A stretch of DNA of 64,000 bases from an uncultured Myxococcales bacterium. GTDB lineage: Bacteria; Myxococcota_A; UBA9042; DTJE01. The position numbers and the translations under genes were made by a program. Of the stretch, positions 1 through 9,561 are shown one piece after another. The stretch's first letter is position 1. Every line of letters begins with the position of its first letter. The notes under the pieces were generated by a model. It did no database searches, was not told the origin of the DNA, and worked only from the letters and a program-made list of their open reading frames with translations. The stretch spans positions 26,061-90,060 of the forward strand of contig CAIZWN010000073.1 in NCBI GenBank assembly GCA_903936705.1. Direction: 5' to 3'.

Positions 1-233
1 TGGAACGACCGGGGACCTTTCGTTATGAGGAAGGCATGTCGGTCGTTCAGGCTGTTACGCTTGCAGGCGGTGTCACCAAGACGGCGCGACCGAATTCGAC
101 TGTCGTTACCAGGATAATGGATGGCAGGGAGGTGCGGTCCGAGGTCCCTGTCGACGAGATCAGCCGAGGTACGGCGAAGAATTTCTATCTTCGACCCGGC
201 GATATCGTTTACGTGCCGGAGTCTATTCTATAG
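1..233 (+). CDS. Polysaccharide export protein (Wza-like), C-terminal fragment; the gene starts upstream of the window
   Basis: The frame is open from base 3. The translation ERPGTFRYEEGMSVVQAVTLAGGVTKTARPNSTVVTRI...GDIVYVPESIL matches the C-terminal SLBB/beta-grasp region of Wza-family exporters (conserved G..LAGG.T and GDI.YVP). Confidence 0.5.
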   Translation, partial: ERPGTFRYEEGMSVVQAVTLAGGVTKTARPNSTVVTRIMDGREVRSEVPVDEISRGTAKNFYLRPGDIVYVPESIL

Positions 234-387
234 CGCTTCGGACATCAAAGGTCCTGAACGATGGGATCTGGCCTGTTTTGGCTTGCGCATCCAGGCTGCT
301 GGGTGATAACATGTTCGAACTTATCGCTGGCGTCGTCGGCGTGGTATTCCCGTGCCCGTGCCCCTTCGTTGGGCGGGTGAGGAAGGA

Positions 388-2199
388 ATGGGCAAGGTCA
401 TAGGAATTGATCTGGGTACGACGAACTCCTGCGTTGCCGTCATGGAAGGCGGCAACCCGGTAGTCATACCCAACCTGGAAGGCAGCAGGACCACTCCATC
501 CGTGGTGGCTATCAGCGATGATGGCGAACGGCTTGTCGGTGCGGTCGCCAAGCGCCAGGCAATAACCAATGCTCGCAATACGGTTTTCGCTGTCAAGCGG
601 CTGATGGGCCGAAAGTACGATTCCCCGGAGGTACGTCGGGTATCGACTTCGTACCCGTACAAGGTTGTGCGGGCCGCCAACGGTGATGCCTCTGTGGAAT
701 TGGGTGGTCGTCAGCTGTCGCCGCCCGAGATTTCTGCCGTCATTCTGGCGAAGATGCGGGAATACGCCGAGGAGTACCTTGGCGAGTCGGTTGTGGATGC
801 CGTCATCACCGTCCCGGCGTATTTCGACGACACCCAGAGGCAGGCGACTCGTGACGCGGGGCGTATAGCCGGCCTGAACGTGCTGCGCATCATCAATGAA
901 CCAACGGCCGCCGCGCTGGCCCACGGTCTGTCTCGGCGGGCGGCCGGGCGGGTCGCGGTGTATGACCTGGGCGGCGGAACCTTCGATATCAGCATCATGG
1001 AGCTGGGCGATGGCGTCTTCCAGGTGAAGACTACCCACGGCGACACCTTCCTGGGTGGAGAAGACGTCGACGCCAGGGTCGTGGACCTGCTTGCATCGCA
1101 GTTCCAGCGCATGCACGGGATCGACCTGCGCGAGGATGTCGTCGCGTTGCAGCGTCTGCGCGATGCCGCCGAGAAGGCCAAGATAGACCTTTCGTCCATC
1201 CGCGAGGTGGACATCAACCTGCCCTTCATTCATGCCGATACCAGTGGTCCCAAGCACCTCCAGATGACGTTCACGCGCACCCAGTTGGAGACGCTTGTCG
1301 AGGATCTGATTGATCGGACCATCCAGCACTGCAAGCAGGCGCTGGATGATGCTGGTCTGAAAGCGTCGGATCTCGAGGAAATCCTGCTGGTCGGCGGCAT
1401 GACAAAGATGCCTCTGGTGCAGCAGAAGGTGGCGGGCTTCTTCGGCATGCAGGCCAGTCGCGGCGTCAATCCGGACGAGGCTGTGGCCGTTGGTGCCGCC
1501 ATCCAGGCCGGGATTCTCCAGGGTGACGTCGGCGACGTCGTGCTTCTGGACGTAGTGCCTTTGTCTTTGGGTATCGAGACCCAGGGCGGCCTGTTCACCA
1601 AGCTGACCGAGCGGAACTCCTCGATCCCGTGTTCGGTGGCCGAGGTGTTCACGACGGCCGAGGACTATCAACCCTTGGTCAATATTCATGTTTTGCAAGG
1701 CGAGCGACCGATGGCCAAGGACAACAAGTCCCTGGCGCGCTTCGAGCTGCTGGGCATACCTCCCGCACGACGTGGCATTCCGAAGATCGAGGTGAACTTC
1801 GAGGTTGACGTCAACGGTATCCTCAGCGTTTCGGCCAGGGACCTTGGTACGGGCAACGTGCAGTCTGTGCGCGTGCGGCCTACCTCTGGCCTTACCGAGA
1901 AGGACATCGAGCGGATCATTGCTGATGCGGGTGAGGCTGCTCGTGATGACATCAGTCGGCAGGAGCTGGCGAACCTCAAGAACCGTGCCGATGGTCTGAT
2001 GTACACTACGGAAAGGTCCCTTGAAGAATTCCTGAACTACCTGACGGACGAAGAGATCGCAAGGATACATTCCGATCTTGAGGCGTGCCGCAGAGCCCGT
2101 TCCGGTAGCGATTTGGCCGTGATCGTCGGGGCGATCAAGAACCTGGAACGTTCCTCGTATCGTATTGCGGAACTGATGTACCGCGACGCATCGGGCTAA
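388..2199 (+). CDS. Hsp70 family chaperone (DnaK paralog, 604 aa)
   Basis: MGKVIGIDLGTTNSCVAV, DLGGGTFD and a full nucleotide- and substrate-binding domain architecture are present. RBS GAGGAAGGA precedes the ATG at 388. The C-terminus is shorter than canonical DnaK, and no grpE or dnaJ lies adjacent. Confidence 0.9.
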   Translation: MGKVIGIDLGTTNSCVAVMEGGNPVVIPNLEGSRTTPSVVAISDDGERLVGAVAKRQAITNARNTVFAVKRLMGRKYDSPEVRRVSTSYPYKVVRAANGDASVELGGRQLSPPEISAVILAKMREYAEEYLGESVVDAVITVPAYFDDTQRQATRDAGRIAGLNVLRIINEPTAAALAHGLSRRAAGRVAVYDLGGGTFDISIMELGDGVFQVKTTHGDTFLGGEDVDARVVDLLASQFQRMHGIDLREDVVALQRLRDAAEKAKIDLSSIREVDINLPFIHADTSGPKHLQMTFTRTQLETLVEDLIDRTIQHCKQALDDAGLKASDLEEILLVGGMTKMPLVQQKVAGFFGMQASRGVNPDEAVAVGAAIQAGILQGDVGDVVLLDVVPLSLGIETQGGLFTKLTERNSSIPCSVAEVFTTAEDYQPLVNIHVLQGERPMAKDNKSLARFELLGIPPARRGIPKIEVNFEVDVNGILSVSARDLGTGNVQSVRVRPTSGLTEKDIERIIADAGEAARDDISRQELANLKNRADGLMYTTERSLEEFLNYLTDEEIARIHSDLEACRRARSGSDLAVIVGAIKNLERSSYRIAELMYRDASG

Positions 2200-2247
2200 C
2201 GGTCTGGCCTGTACGGCGACCGGCGCCCCGGGGAGGGAACCGCAGCC

Positions 2248-3516
2248 GTGTACAAGTCTCTTCAATGTTTATCCAGCACCCAATATCGCATGTCGTCATC
2301 CAACTGCCCAGTAGGTCTGCCGGGTCTGGCGATCAGTCTTGGCTGTGCATTGTCGCTGATGGCCAGTTCTGCAATGGCGGTCTTACCATTGTCGCCGGAG
2401 GTTGCCAACCCGGCATCATCCTCAGGACCAACCACCTCGGCGGTGCCAGGGGCCCGCGCCGATTCATCGGCCGGTCAACAGCCTGCGGGTGTTCCAATCG
2501 GGGTGGTTGTGGGGCTTGTCCTTCCCTTGTCTGGGCCTCATGGCATGCTGGGCAACCGCGTGGCGCAAGCCATCGAGCAGGTGCTTGGCGCGGCCGGAGT
2601 CGTGGTGCGACGGTACGATGATCGCGGTGAGCCTGGGTCGGTTTCCGAGGCAGTCGTGCGCGCCGTGACGGACCGATGTGTTGCGATCCTCGGGGGATTG
2701 GGAGACGACGAGGCTCGTATGGTTGCGGATGCCGCGGCATCCAGGGAAATCCCGCTGTTGTCGCTGGGGGCCGCGCAGGACGGGCGCGCGCGCAAGGGTG
2801 TGACCTGGGCCAGGACGCGACGTGGCGATGTCATTGCGACGCTGGCAAGGCGGCTGGCCGGTGCCGAGAAGGTAACAACGGCCTACATTCTTGCCCCGTC
2901 GACACGTTTTGGGCTTGCCGCAGTCGATGCCTTCAAGTCCTCGTTCGAGGCCAGTGGAGGGAGGATTGCGGTAGTGCGACTGTTGGGGCCCGACGATACC
3001 CAGCCTGCCGCAGTGGTCAAGACCTTCGCTGCCCAGGTGGCACAGGTGCGGGCGGCCTCTGCTTGTGAACGTGAAGTCATCTTCCTGCCGATGGATGCAG
3101 ATGCCAGTCGCAGGTGGATGGGGTTCATGGAGGCCGAGGGGGTCATAGGCACACCGCAGGATCCGAAATGCCCGCGGACGATTGTGGCGGGAACGGCACA
3201 GTTGTCCGAACCCTCAGCCTTGGCCATAAACGGCGCGGCACTAGAAGGCATCCGCTTTGCCGACGTTCTTCTGTCTGGTGCTGCCGACGGTGTGTCCGTG
3301 CTTGAGGCCGAGGCTGCCGACGCTGCGCGACTTCTTGTCGGTGCGCTGCGCAGCAAGGCGCAGCCCGGACGCGAGGACGTGCGTCGAGCCCTCGATGCAG
3401 GCGTCAAGGTCAACGGGCACACCGGGGTGCTGGCTTCCAGCCGCGGCCAGTTGACAGGACGAACCATTGTTACCTTCACGATCCGAGCAGGCCGGCCCAT
3501 GCCCGACGAGGATTGA
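2248..3516 (+). CDS. Periplasmic substrate-binding protein, type-1 PBP fold (Leu/Ile/Val-binding-like); start codon uncertain
   Basis: IGVVVGLVLPLSGPHGMLGNRVAQAIEQ resembles the N-terminal motif of LivK-like binding proteins. No transporter permease genes lie adjacent. Confidence 0.5.
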   Translation: MYKSLQCLSSTQYRMSSSNCPVGLPGLAISLGCALSLMASSAMAVLPLSPEVANPASSSGPTTSAVPGARADSSAGQQPAGVPIGVVVGLVLPLSGPHGMLGNRVAQAIEQVLGAAGVVVRRYDDRGEPGSVSEAVVRAVTDRCVAILGGLGDDEARMVADAAASREIPLLSLGAAQDGRARKGVTWARTRRGDVIATLARRLAGAEKVTTAYILAPSTRFGLAAVDAFKSSFEASGGRIAVVRLLGPDDTQPAAVVKTFAAQVAQVRAASACEREVIFLPMDADASRRWMGFMEAEGVIGTPQDPKCPRTIVAGTAQLSEPSALAINGAALEGIRFADVLLSGAADGVSVLEAEAADAARLLVGALRSKAQPGREDVRRALDAGVKVNGHTGVLASSRGQLTGRTIVTFTIRAGRPMPDED

Positions 3517-4478
3517 TATTGGACGAGTTCCGCCTGATCGGCGCGATCAAGCGCGCGGTTCGAGGGCCGATTGATCCACGGGTCGAGATCGGGATTGGTG
3601 ATGATGCAGCAGTCCTGTCCGTGAAATCAGGTCGCTTGGTCGCAACCACGGATGCCCTGGTCGAGGGAGTCCACTTTCGCTTCGACATGAGCCGTCCTGC
3701 CGATGTCGGCTCCAAGGCCGCCGCCGTGAATCTGTCGGATCTGGCCGCGATGGGTGCGCGACCGCTGGCGCTGCTGGTGGCCCTTGAAGTGCCGAATGCA
3801 ATGGCTGACCGTGACGTCGTATCCGCGATGCGGGGGCTGGCGCAGGTTGCCGCAATATTTGGCGCCTCCGTTGTCGGAGGTAACGTGTCGTCGGGCCCCG
3901 TGTTCACCATGACGGTGACGGCCCTGGGCGAGCCCTGTGCCGGAAGGGTGCTGACCCGAGCCGGAGCGCAACCTGGCGATGTTGTCATGGTGGGCGGGCC
4001 TCTGGGTTCAGGGGCTCTTGGCCTGGACCTTCTTGAACACAACCGAGGCAAGGTTAGGACCTACCCGGAATTGGTACGGAGATACCGGCGTCCCGAACCG
4101 CAAGTTGAACTGGGTATGCGCCTTGCCGCTGAGCCTGGCGTTGATGCCGCGATAGACCTTTCGGACGGTCTGGCGTCGGACCTTGGTCATGTGCTTGCAG
4201 CTTCTTGCTGCGGTGCGCGGATCGATGCCGACAGGATCCCCATGCATGTGCAGGCTTTGCGGTACGCGAGGCTGCGTGGCCTCGACGCCAGAATTGTCGC
4301 CCTGACAGGTGGGGACGACTATCTGCTTCTTGTAGCGGCCAAGCCCGAGGTGGTTACAAGTTTGCTATCGGCCGGCATGACGGCCATCGGATGCGTCACG
4401 AAGCGGCGCGGGCTGGTGATCGAATCTGGTGGTAGCCGGCTTGCGCTGCCTGCAGGGTCCGGCTGGCGGCACCGCTAG
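3513..4478 (+). CDS. thiL: Thiamine-monophosphate kinase
   Basis: GIGDDAAVL...LVATTDALVEGVHF...VNLSDLAAMGARP is the ThiL/AIR-synthase-related signature. The start overlaps the stop of the upstream gene by 4 nt. Confidence 0.85.
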   Translation: MILDEFRLIGAIKRAVRGPIDPRVEIGIGDDAAVLSVKSGRLVATTDALVEGVHFRFDMSRPADVGSKAAAVNLSDLAAMGARPLALLVALEVPNAMADRDVVSAMRGLAQVAAIFGASVVGGNVSSGPVFTMTVTALGEPCAGRVLTRAGAQPGDVVMVGGPLGSGALGLDLLEHNRGKVRTYPELVRRYRRPEPQVELGMRLAAEPGVDAAIDLSDGLASDLGHVLAASCCGARIDADRIPMHVQALRYARLRGLDARIVALTGGDDYLLLVAAKPEVVTSLLSAGMTAIGCVTKRRGLVIESGGSRLALPAGSGWRHR

Positions 4479-4510
4479 GCCTTGTTCGTCAATCTTCGGA
4501 GTAGTTCCGC

Positions 4511-4538
4511 CTGTCGACAAGCCATGACTGTTCGACAG
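4511..4538. terminator. Inverted repeat CTGTCGA-N14-TCGACAG between the convergent thiL and trxA genes; weak bidirectional terminator candidate with no T-tract
   Basis: Seen directly in the 79-nt convergent intergenic region. The stem is short and the trailer is GC-rich. Confidence 0.2.
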
Positions 4539-4556
4539 CTTCCTATTCCCGGGACC

Positions 4557-4889
4557 CTACATGTGTCGTTCAAGTTTTTCGATCAACTTCGCTTTTGCGA
4601 TGGCGCCGATGATCTGATCGACCACCTGGCCGTTCTTGATGATCAGCAGGGTCGGAATCGCGGTGATGTTGTGCTTGGACGCCACGACCGTGTCCTCGTC
4701 CACGTTGATCTTGCCGACCTTCAACCGGCCGGAATACGTGTCCGCGATTTCGGCAACCACAGGGCCGATGGCGCGGCAGGGTCCGCACCAAGGTGCCCAG
4801 AAGTCAACCAGGACCGGCAGGTTGGACTTCATGACCTCGGCATCGAAAAGGGCATCGGTCAGTGCCATCACGTTCTTGGAATCGGCCAT
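4557..4889 (-). CDS. trxA: Thioredoxin
   Basis: WCGPC active-site motif, 110 aa. RBS GGAGG lies 5 nt before the ATG. Confidence 0.92.
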   Translation of the reverse strand: MADSKNVMALTDALFDAEVMKSNLPVLVDFWAPWCGPCRAIGPVVAEIADTYSGRLKVGKINVDEDTVVASKHNITAIPTLLIIKNGQVVDQIIGAIAKAKLIEKLERHM

Positions 4890-4911
4890 CGGGTCCTCCG
4901 GTAGTCGAGCA

Positions 4912-5229
4912 TCAAGGCTCGACGGACTGGGACTGACGCTTGCACACCTCGACGAACTTCAGGCGCAGATCAAACAACAAGGTTTCGACGAGGCCGGTTT
5001 CGTCCTCGTCAAGATTGCCCGTCGTCTTGGCCTTCAGCATCGCTATCAAATCGATGACGTGACGCGCCATGGTCAAATCGACGACGGGTCGGTCGGTGCC
5101 CGCAGGCGCACCTTGGCCCAGGTGGTACAAGGCGGAAGTACCCAGCGACAGTACGAACGTGGAAAAATCCACGGTTCGCAGTTCACCGCCAGGCTCCTGG
5201 CATCCGCATTCGGCAGTGTCTGATTCCAT
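4912..5229 (-). CDS. DUF1844 domain protein (conserved hypothetical)
   Basis: DFSTFVLSLGTSALYHLG...IDLIAMLKAKTTGNL matches the DUF1844 pattern. The ORF-track start is TTG. The ATG at 5229 (MESDTAE) is preferred because GGAGG sits 5 nt upstream. Confidence 0.6.
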   Translation of the reverse strand: MESDTAECGCQEPGGELRTVDFSTFVLSLGTSALYHLGQGAPAGTDRPVVDLTMARHVIDLIAMLKAKTTGNLDEDETGLVETLLFDLRLKFVEVCKRQSQSVEP

Positions 5230-5257
5230 AGCCGCCTCCTGGACACGCAAACGATTG

Positions 5258-5476
5258 CTACTTGTCGGCCTTTCGAACGGCAGGTCCCTTGCCGCCCTTC
5301 AGAGGATCCTCAGCCTGGAACTGTTCGGGAAGGCTTGCTTCCAGATTAGCCGCGTTCGTGCCGGCGTCAGGCAGGGCATTCAGGTACTGAGCCAAGTCAT
5401 CCTGGCTCAGACGGCCCCTCGACAGGTTGCGATCGACAAGCCGAACGTCATGAAGCAGTTCAGATTTCATTGCCAT
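5258..5476 (-). CDS. Small hypothetical protein (72 aa)
   Basis: This is the only protein-like part of ORF 5258..5758 (MAMKSELLHDVRLVDRNLSRGRLSQDDLAQYLNAL...). The upstream part of that ORF overlaps the methyltransferase gene and looks like a GC-shadow frame. Confidence 0.35.
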   Translation of the reverse strand: MAMKSELLHDVRLVDRNLSRGRLSQDDLAQYLNALPDAGTNAANLEASLPEQFQAEDPLKGGKGPAVRKADK

Positions 5477-5531
5477 ATTTCCGTTGTTGCGGGGGTTGAC
5501 CCCCAAGCCGGTACCGGAAGGCAATCTAATG

Positions 5532-6284
5532 CTAGGACCCCTGTGTGTCAAGGCGCCGGAGGTCCCTGGGCAAATCGCATGACGGTTGCAACGGCTGCGG
5601 GGCGCTGGAAGTTTGCAGGTCCAGGAGTACGACTTCGGGGGGCCGACCCTTGGTCCCGAGGAGGTCAACGGTGCCGGTGACAACCAGCCCCTCCTCGGCG
5701 GCGGCCCTGCTGACGTCGGACATGCGCTCCGGGGGATAGAGGATCGACGCGACGCCATCCGGTGACAATCGTTGACGCGCGATTCGCAGCAATGAGGCGA
5801 CGTTCATAAGAAGTTCGTGGCGGGCCGCAGCCCTTTCGGGGTCGGGGTTGGTCCTGCCAGTACCCAGGCGCCAGTAGGGAGGATTCGACACGACGCGCCG
5901 GAAAGCGGCTTTACCTAGATAATCTGGCAGGCATCGAGCATCGCCCTCGATGATCGTGACGGCGTCCCCGACGCCGTTTGCCAGTACGTTTCTGCGGGCG
6001 CGGTCGGCAAGGGCAGGCTGGATCTCGACTGCAACGATCTTCCCAGTCCAGCCCCAACCTGCCAGAAGGATTGCCACGACCCCGCAGCCGGTACCGATCT
6101 CAAGAAGATCTCCGTGTGGTCCTTCAAGGACGTGTTTCGCCAGCATCACAGCGTCAATTCCGAAGCGCCATCCACGCTGAGCCTGCACGAACCTGAAGCG
6201 GTCCTCCAACACAGCGACGTCCTCGCCGGGCAGGACATCTGGCATCGTGATGCCTGGTGCAGGTGGCTCAGGACAATCGTTCAT
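5532..6284 (-). CDS. SAM-dependent N6-adenine methyltransferase, tRNA1(Val) m6A37 methyltransferase (TrmN6/YfiC)-like
   Basis: GTGCGVVAILLA is the SAM-binding motif I, and VVSNPPY is the NPPY catalytic motif of amino-methyltransferases. The start is either 6284 or the ATG at 6245. Confidence 0.7.
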   Translation of the reverse strand: MNDCPEPPAPGITMPDVLPGEDVAVLEDRFRFVQAQRGWRFGIDAVMLAKHVLEGPHGDLLEIGTGCGVVAILLAGWGWTGKIVAVEIQPALADRARRNVLANGVGDAVTIIEGDARCLPDYLGKAAFRRVVSNPPYWRLGTGRTNPDPERAAARHELLMNVASLLRIARQRLSPDGVASILYPPERMSDVSRAAAEEGLVVTGTVDLLGTKGRPPEVVLLDLQTSSAPQPLQPSCDLPRDLRRLDTQGS

Positions 6285-6318
6285 CTGTGCCGTTCAATTG
6301 GGGGACTTGCCAGCGACA

Positions 6319-7644
6319 TCAGGGGATTTCGTCCTCCAGGGGATGGATCACCAGCCCCGAGATGATCTTCGGGTAGAAGAACGTCGATTTCTGCGGCATG
6401 CGCTCGCCTGCAGCTGCCACCGCCTCTATCTGTTGGGCAGTTACGGGATTCAACAGGATGGCTGCCTGATACTTTCCGTGATCCTGTTCCAGGGCCTCGG
6501 CAACGTCGTTCAACGAGTGCATGTAGTCCAGGTTTGCCTGGGAGGCCTGCGCATCCTTCGTGATGGCCAGCAATCCGGACATCACGCGCTGGTGCAACCA
6601 TGAAACGTCCAGTCTTGCGACGGAGGCGTGCAGTCCGCTGTCTTTCACGAAGGCCTCATGGGCTTCCGGGTGGACTGCCAGGACCATCCAGCCGCCCTTG
6701 CCAAGCCGGAACGCGAAAGAAGGTCCTGATTTGCCACAGCGCTCAAGCAGACTGGAGGCCTGGTGAATGTCCGTCCCAGCCTGAATCACTTCGCATTCGC
6801 GGGATAGCGCGGCTAGAAGGGCAGCCGGGTCGAATCCGGGAATGCCGTGCAGCAAGCGGTAGATAGGCTGGATTACAAGGCCGTCCTGGTGTGTGTTGGC
6901 CATGTAGACGCTGGCAAAGTTGAACGGCTCTTCGCCGGTCACAGTGCCAAGTTCGGCCCGCCTTGCATTCCGGTAGTTCTTGGTAGTCTCGTAGCGGTGG
7001 TGCCCATCGGCAATGTATTGAGTGAAGCCGGAAAGGATGGTTGACAGGCTCTCGACCGCGTCATGTCTGGTAACCAGTAACAGCCGGTGCCGAACGCCGT
7101 CGGCACAGGCGAACTCGACGCCAGGATTCATCACCCCCGGTTGGGCCAGAACGGCGTCCACCTGTCGCTGGGGATCCGAATAAAAGGTGAATACCTGTGA
7201 ACACACCACCTTGCATGCCGAAAACAGTTTCAGGCGGTCGGCCTTGGGCCCATCCAGAGTGCGTTCGTGGGCCAGCAGGCCGCCATGGTCCTGGATGCGC
7301 CAGCGACCCACGACACCGCGGCGCGTGACTGTGCGGCCGTCTGCCAGGGGAAATGACTGCTCGTAGACATAGAACGCCTGGCTGGGGTCGCGCGCGATAC
7401 TGCCGTTTGCCAGGAAGGTTGCAAGATCGATACGCGATCGGGTGTATCTGTTGTCGGTACTTGTATCCGAGTCGTGCTGGAAACCCAGGATCAGGCGAAC
7501 GACGTTGGCAGGATGGCGTTCGTACAGCTCGCGCTGCTGATCCGGTGAAATCACGTCGTAGGGAGGAGCCAAAACCTGGCCAAGATCCCCGACCACCTTC
7601 GGGTCGTATCTCAAAGCCCTGACCGGCAGAACGCAGTTGGACAT
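6319..7644 (-). CDS. DUF1015 family protein
   Basis: RALRYDPKVVGDLGQVLAPPYDVIS is the DUF1015 N-terminal signature. The start is set at MSNCVLP, where GGCGGAGG lies 4 nt upstream. Confidence 0.7.
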   Translation of the reverse strand: MSNCVLPVRALRYDPKVVGDLGQVLAPPYDVISPDQQRELYERHPANVVRLILGFQHDSDTSTDNRYTRSRIDLATFLANGSIARDPSQAFYVYEQSFPLADGRTVTRRGVVGRWRIQDHGGLLAHERTLDGPKADRLKLFSACKVVCSQVFTFYSDPQRQVDAVLAQPGVMNPGVEFACADGVRHRLLLVTRHDAVESLSTILSGFTQYIADGHHRYETTKNYRNARRAELGTVTGEEPFNFASVYMANTHQDGLVIQPIYRLLHGIPGFDPAALLAALSRECEVIQAGTDIHQASSLLERCGKSGPSFAFRLGKGGWMVLAVHPEAHEAFVKDSGLHASVARLDVSWLHQRVMSGLLAITKDAQASQANLDYMHSLNDVAEALEQDHGKYQAAILLNPVTAQQIEAVAAAGERMPQKSTFFYPKIISGLVIHPLEDEIP

Positions 7645-7745
7645 CTGGCCTCCGCCCCAAGCGACCCGGGCGAAACCTAGCACAACCACGGGTGGAATTG
7701 TTAGTGCAAGGGAATATGGTAACATGCCGCCGGGGAGGAGTTTTG

Positions 7746-9503
7746 ATGCCTTCGAGGGTCTGTCCGGATTGCGATTTCGGATCCGACGCGATCTTGTGCC
7801 CTAAGTGCGGGCACAGAACCATGCGCGAACGAAAGGCTGGGGACGTTGTAGACCCGATGATTGGCACCGATCTGGACGGTCGCTATCGGATCGATTCGAT
7901 CATCGGTCGCGGCGGCATGGGCAGTGTCTATCGAGGGCTGCAGTTGGCTACCGGCCAGACGGTCGCCATCAAGGTAATAAGGGCCGAAAGCGCCGAAAAC
8001 ATGGAGGCGGCCAAGAGGTTTCATCGCGAGGCCCGAGCGGCCAGCCTTTTGACGCACCCGCACACAATTCGCGTATTCGATTTCGGCGAATCCGAGCAGG
8101 GCGACCTGTACATGGTCCTTGAGTTTCTGGCCGGACGTACACTTGGGAAAGTCATTCGGGCCGACGGTTGCATGCCCGAACAACGGGTAGCCAAGATCGG
8201 ATGCGAGATTGCGCAGTCGCTGTCCGAGGCCCATTCGACCGGGCTGGCCCACAGGGATTTGAAACCTGAAAACATCATGCTGGTCGACGCCTTTGGGGAT
8301 CCTGACTTCGTAAAGGTTCTGGACTTCGGAATCGCCAAGTTCCTGTCGGGTTCGTCGGGTGAATCGGCCGTCACGCGGACCGGAGCTGTCGTCGGGACGC
8401 CTCATTGCATGGCACCAGAACAGGCAACAGGCTCGCGCGCTTTGACGCCCGCTGTCGATATGTATGCCTTGGGTGTCATGCTGTTCGAGTCTGTTTGCGG
8501 ATTCAAGCCGTTCGACGGTGATTCTCCACTGAATATCCTGATGGCTCACGTTCGGGACCCGGTTCCTGAACTGCCTGGGGAGTGTGCTGTCTCGATCGGC
8601 TTTCGTGGCCTGGTTCGCCGAATGCTGGACAAGGAGCCGTCGCGAAGGCCGTCGGCGCCCGAGGCCGCTCGCGAAATGGAGCGAATGCGGTTGCATGCGA
8701 TGTTCAGCGGGGCCACCAGGGAGAAGCCGCCTGTACTGACCCTGAATACGGCGTACGGTCCTGCCGTACTGCCAACTGAAGTTGAATCAAGATTGAAGAC
8801 CAGGATGCTGACGTCGAACGAGGTCAAGGTCCAGACGCCTGCTCCTCCCCTTGTCGTTTCCGTCGAGACCCCTGTTGTTGCCGACGTCGATACCGGGTCT
8901 GATGTCGTCGAACCGACAGGGCCTCAAACCCGGATCGCCCAGCCTGCTTTGGCTGTTGACCCAGTTGCGCTTGCGGCCGAGGGCGAGCCCTGGGAGGTTT
9001 CTTCCGCGACTGCGCGCTCGGCGCCTTGGTGGCAGTGGGTCCTGGTTACCCTCCTCATCGCAGTATGCGGCGGTTTGGCGTGGTGGGGATTTTCGGTCTA
9101 CGTCGGGGGTTCCTTTGATTTCGTAGCAAGTGAGGCTGCGCCGCCGTCGTCACCGTCGCCACCACCGTCGCCACCGCCGTCGTCACCGCCGTCGCCACCG
9201 CCGTCGTCACCGCCGTCGCCACCAGCACAGGCTCCGGCCCAGATTGTGCCTGCCAATCCTGCCCCCGAACCAATCGTTGTTCCTTCGGAATTGCGCCCGA
9301 AGGCCTCCGAGCCAAAACCTGTGGATGTTCCATCGAAGGTTGGTATTTCGAAGCCCGTAAGCGAGCCGGCTGCTGGCATAGGTCCGGCCAAGGACAAGGG
9401 CGTCAGGCCCCGACCGATGATTGTCGCTCCGAAGGAAGTACATGCGCCGCCGGTCCGGAAAAAGCCGGTCGAAAAGCAGGATAGCTACAAAATCCTGGAC
9501 TAG
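7746..9503 (+). CDS. Ser/Thr protein kinase (Hanks type) with an N-terminal Cys4 zinc ribbon, one TM helix and a Pro/Ser-rich repeat tail
   Basis: CPDCDFGSDAILCPKCGH is a zinc-ribbon pattern. Kinase motifs are GRGGMGSVYRG, AIK, HRDLKPENIML, DFG and APE. RBS GGGGAGGAG lies 6 nt before the ATG at 7746. Confidence 0.85.
   Translation: MPSRVCPDCDFGSDAILCPKCGHRTMRERKAGDVVDPMIGTDLDGRYRIDSIIGRGGMGSVYRGLQLATGQTVAIKVIRAESAENMEAAKRFHREARAASLLTHPHTIRVFDFGESEQGDLYMVLEFLAGRTLGKVIRADGCMPEQRVAKIGCEIAQSLSEAHSTGLAHRDLKPENIMLVDAFGDPDFVKVLDFGIAKFLSGSSGESAVTRTGAVVGTPHCMAPEQATGSRALTPAVDMYALGVMLFESVCGFKPFDGDSPLNILMAHVRDPVPELPGECAVSIGFRGLVRRMLDKEPSRRPSAPEAAREMERMRLHAMFSGATREKPPVLTLNTAYGPAVLPTEVESRLKTRMLTSNEVKVQTPAPPLVVSVETPVVADVDTGSDVVEPTGPQTRIAQPALAVDPVALAAEGEPWEVSSATARSAPWWQWVLVTLLIAVCGGLAWWGFSVYVGGSFDFVASEAAPPSSPSPPPSPPPSSPPSPPPSSPPSPPAQAPAQIVPANPAPEPIVVPSELRPKASEPKPVDVPSKVGISKPVSEPAAGIGPAKDKGVRPRPMIVAPKEVHAPPVRKKPVEKQDSYKILD
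9139..9222 (+). repeat. In-frame 12/24-nt tandem repeat (CCGTCGCCACCG / CCGTCGTCACCG) encoding SPPPSPPPSSPPSPPPSSPPSPP inside the kinase gene
   Basis: The nucleotide periodicity is seen directly. It lies on the extracytoplasmic side, after the TM helix. Confidence 0.6.
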
Positions 9504-9561
9504 CCATTCCGGTAGACGCGCCCGTGCGCTATGATTTCCGCGAATAGATGACGAGGTCCAA

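Noticed and set aside
233-388. Heat-shock regulatory element (CIRCE / HAIR) upstream of the Hsp70 gene.
   Set aside because: No TTAGCACTC-N9-GAGTGCTAA-like inverted repeat is present in the 155-nt leader.
223-2265. 680-aa minus-strand ORF antisense to the Hsp70 gene. Similar long antisense or out-of-frame ORFs occur at 11102..12430, 47120..49030, 49304..50515, 50597..52045, 53667..55370, 57507..59723 and 60459..63044.
   Set aside because: Each overlaps a gene with unmistakable homology on the other strand or frame. Their translations are Arg/Pro/Gly/Ala-rich and low-complexity, which is typical of shadow ORFs in 70% GC DNA.
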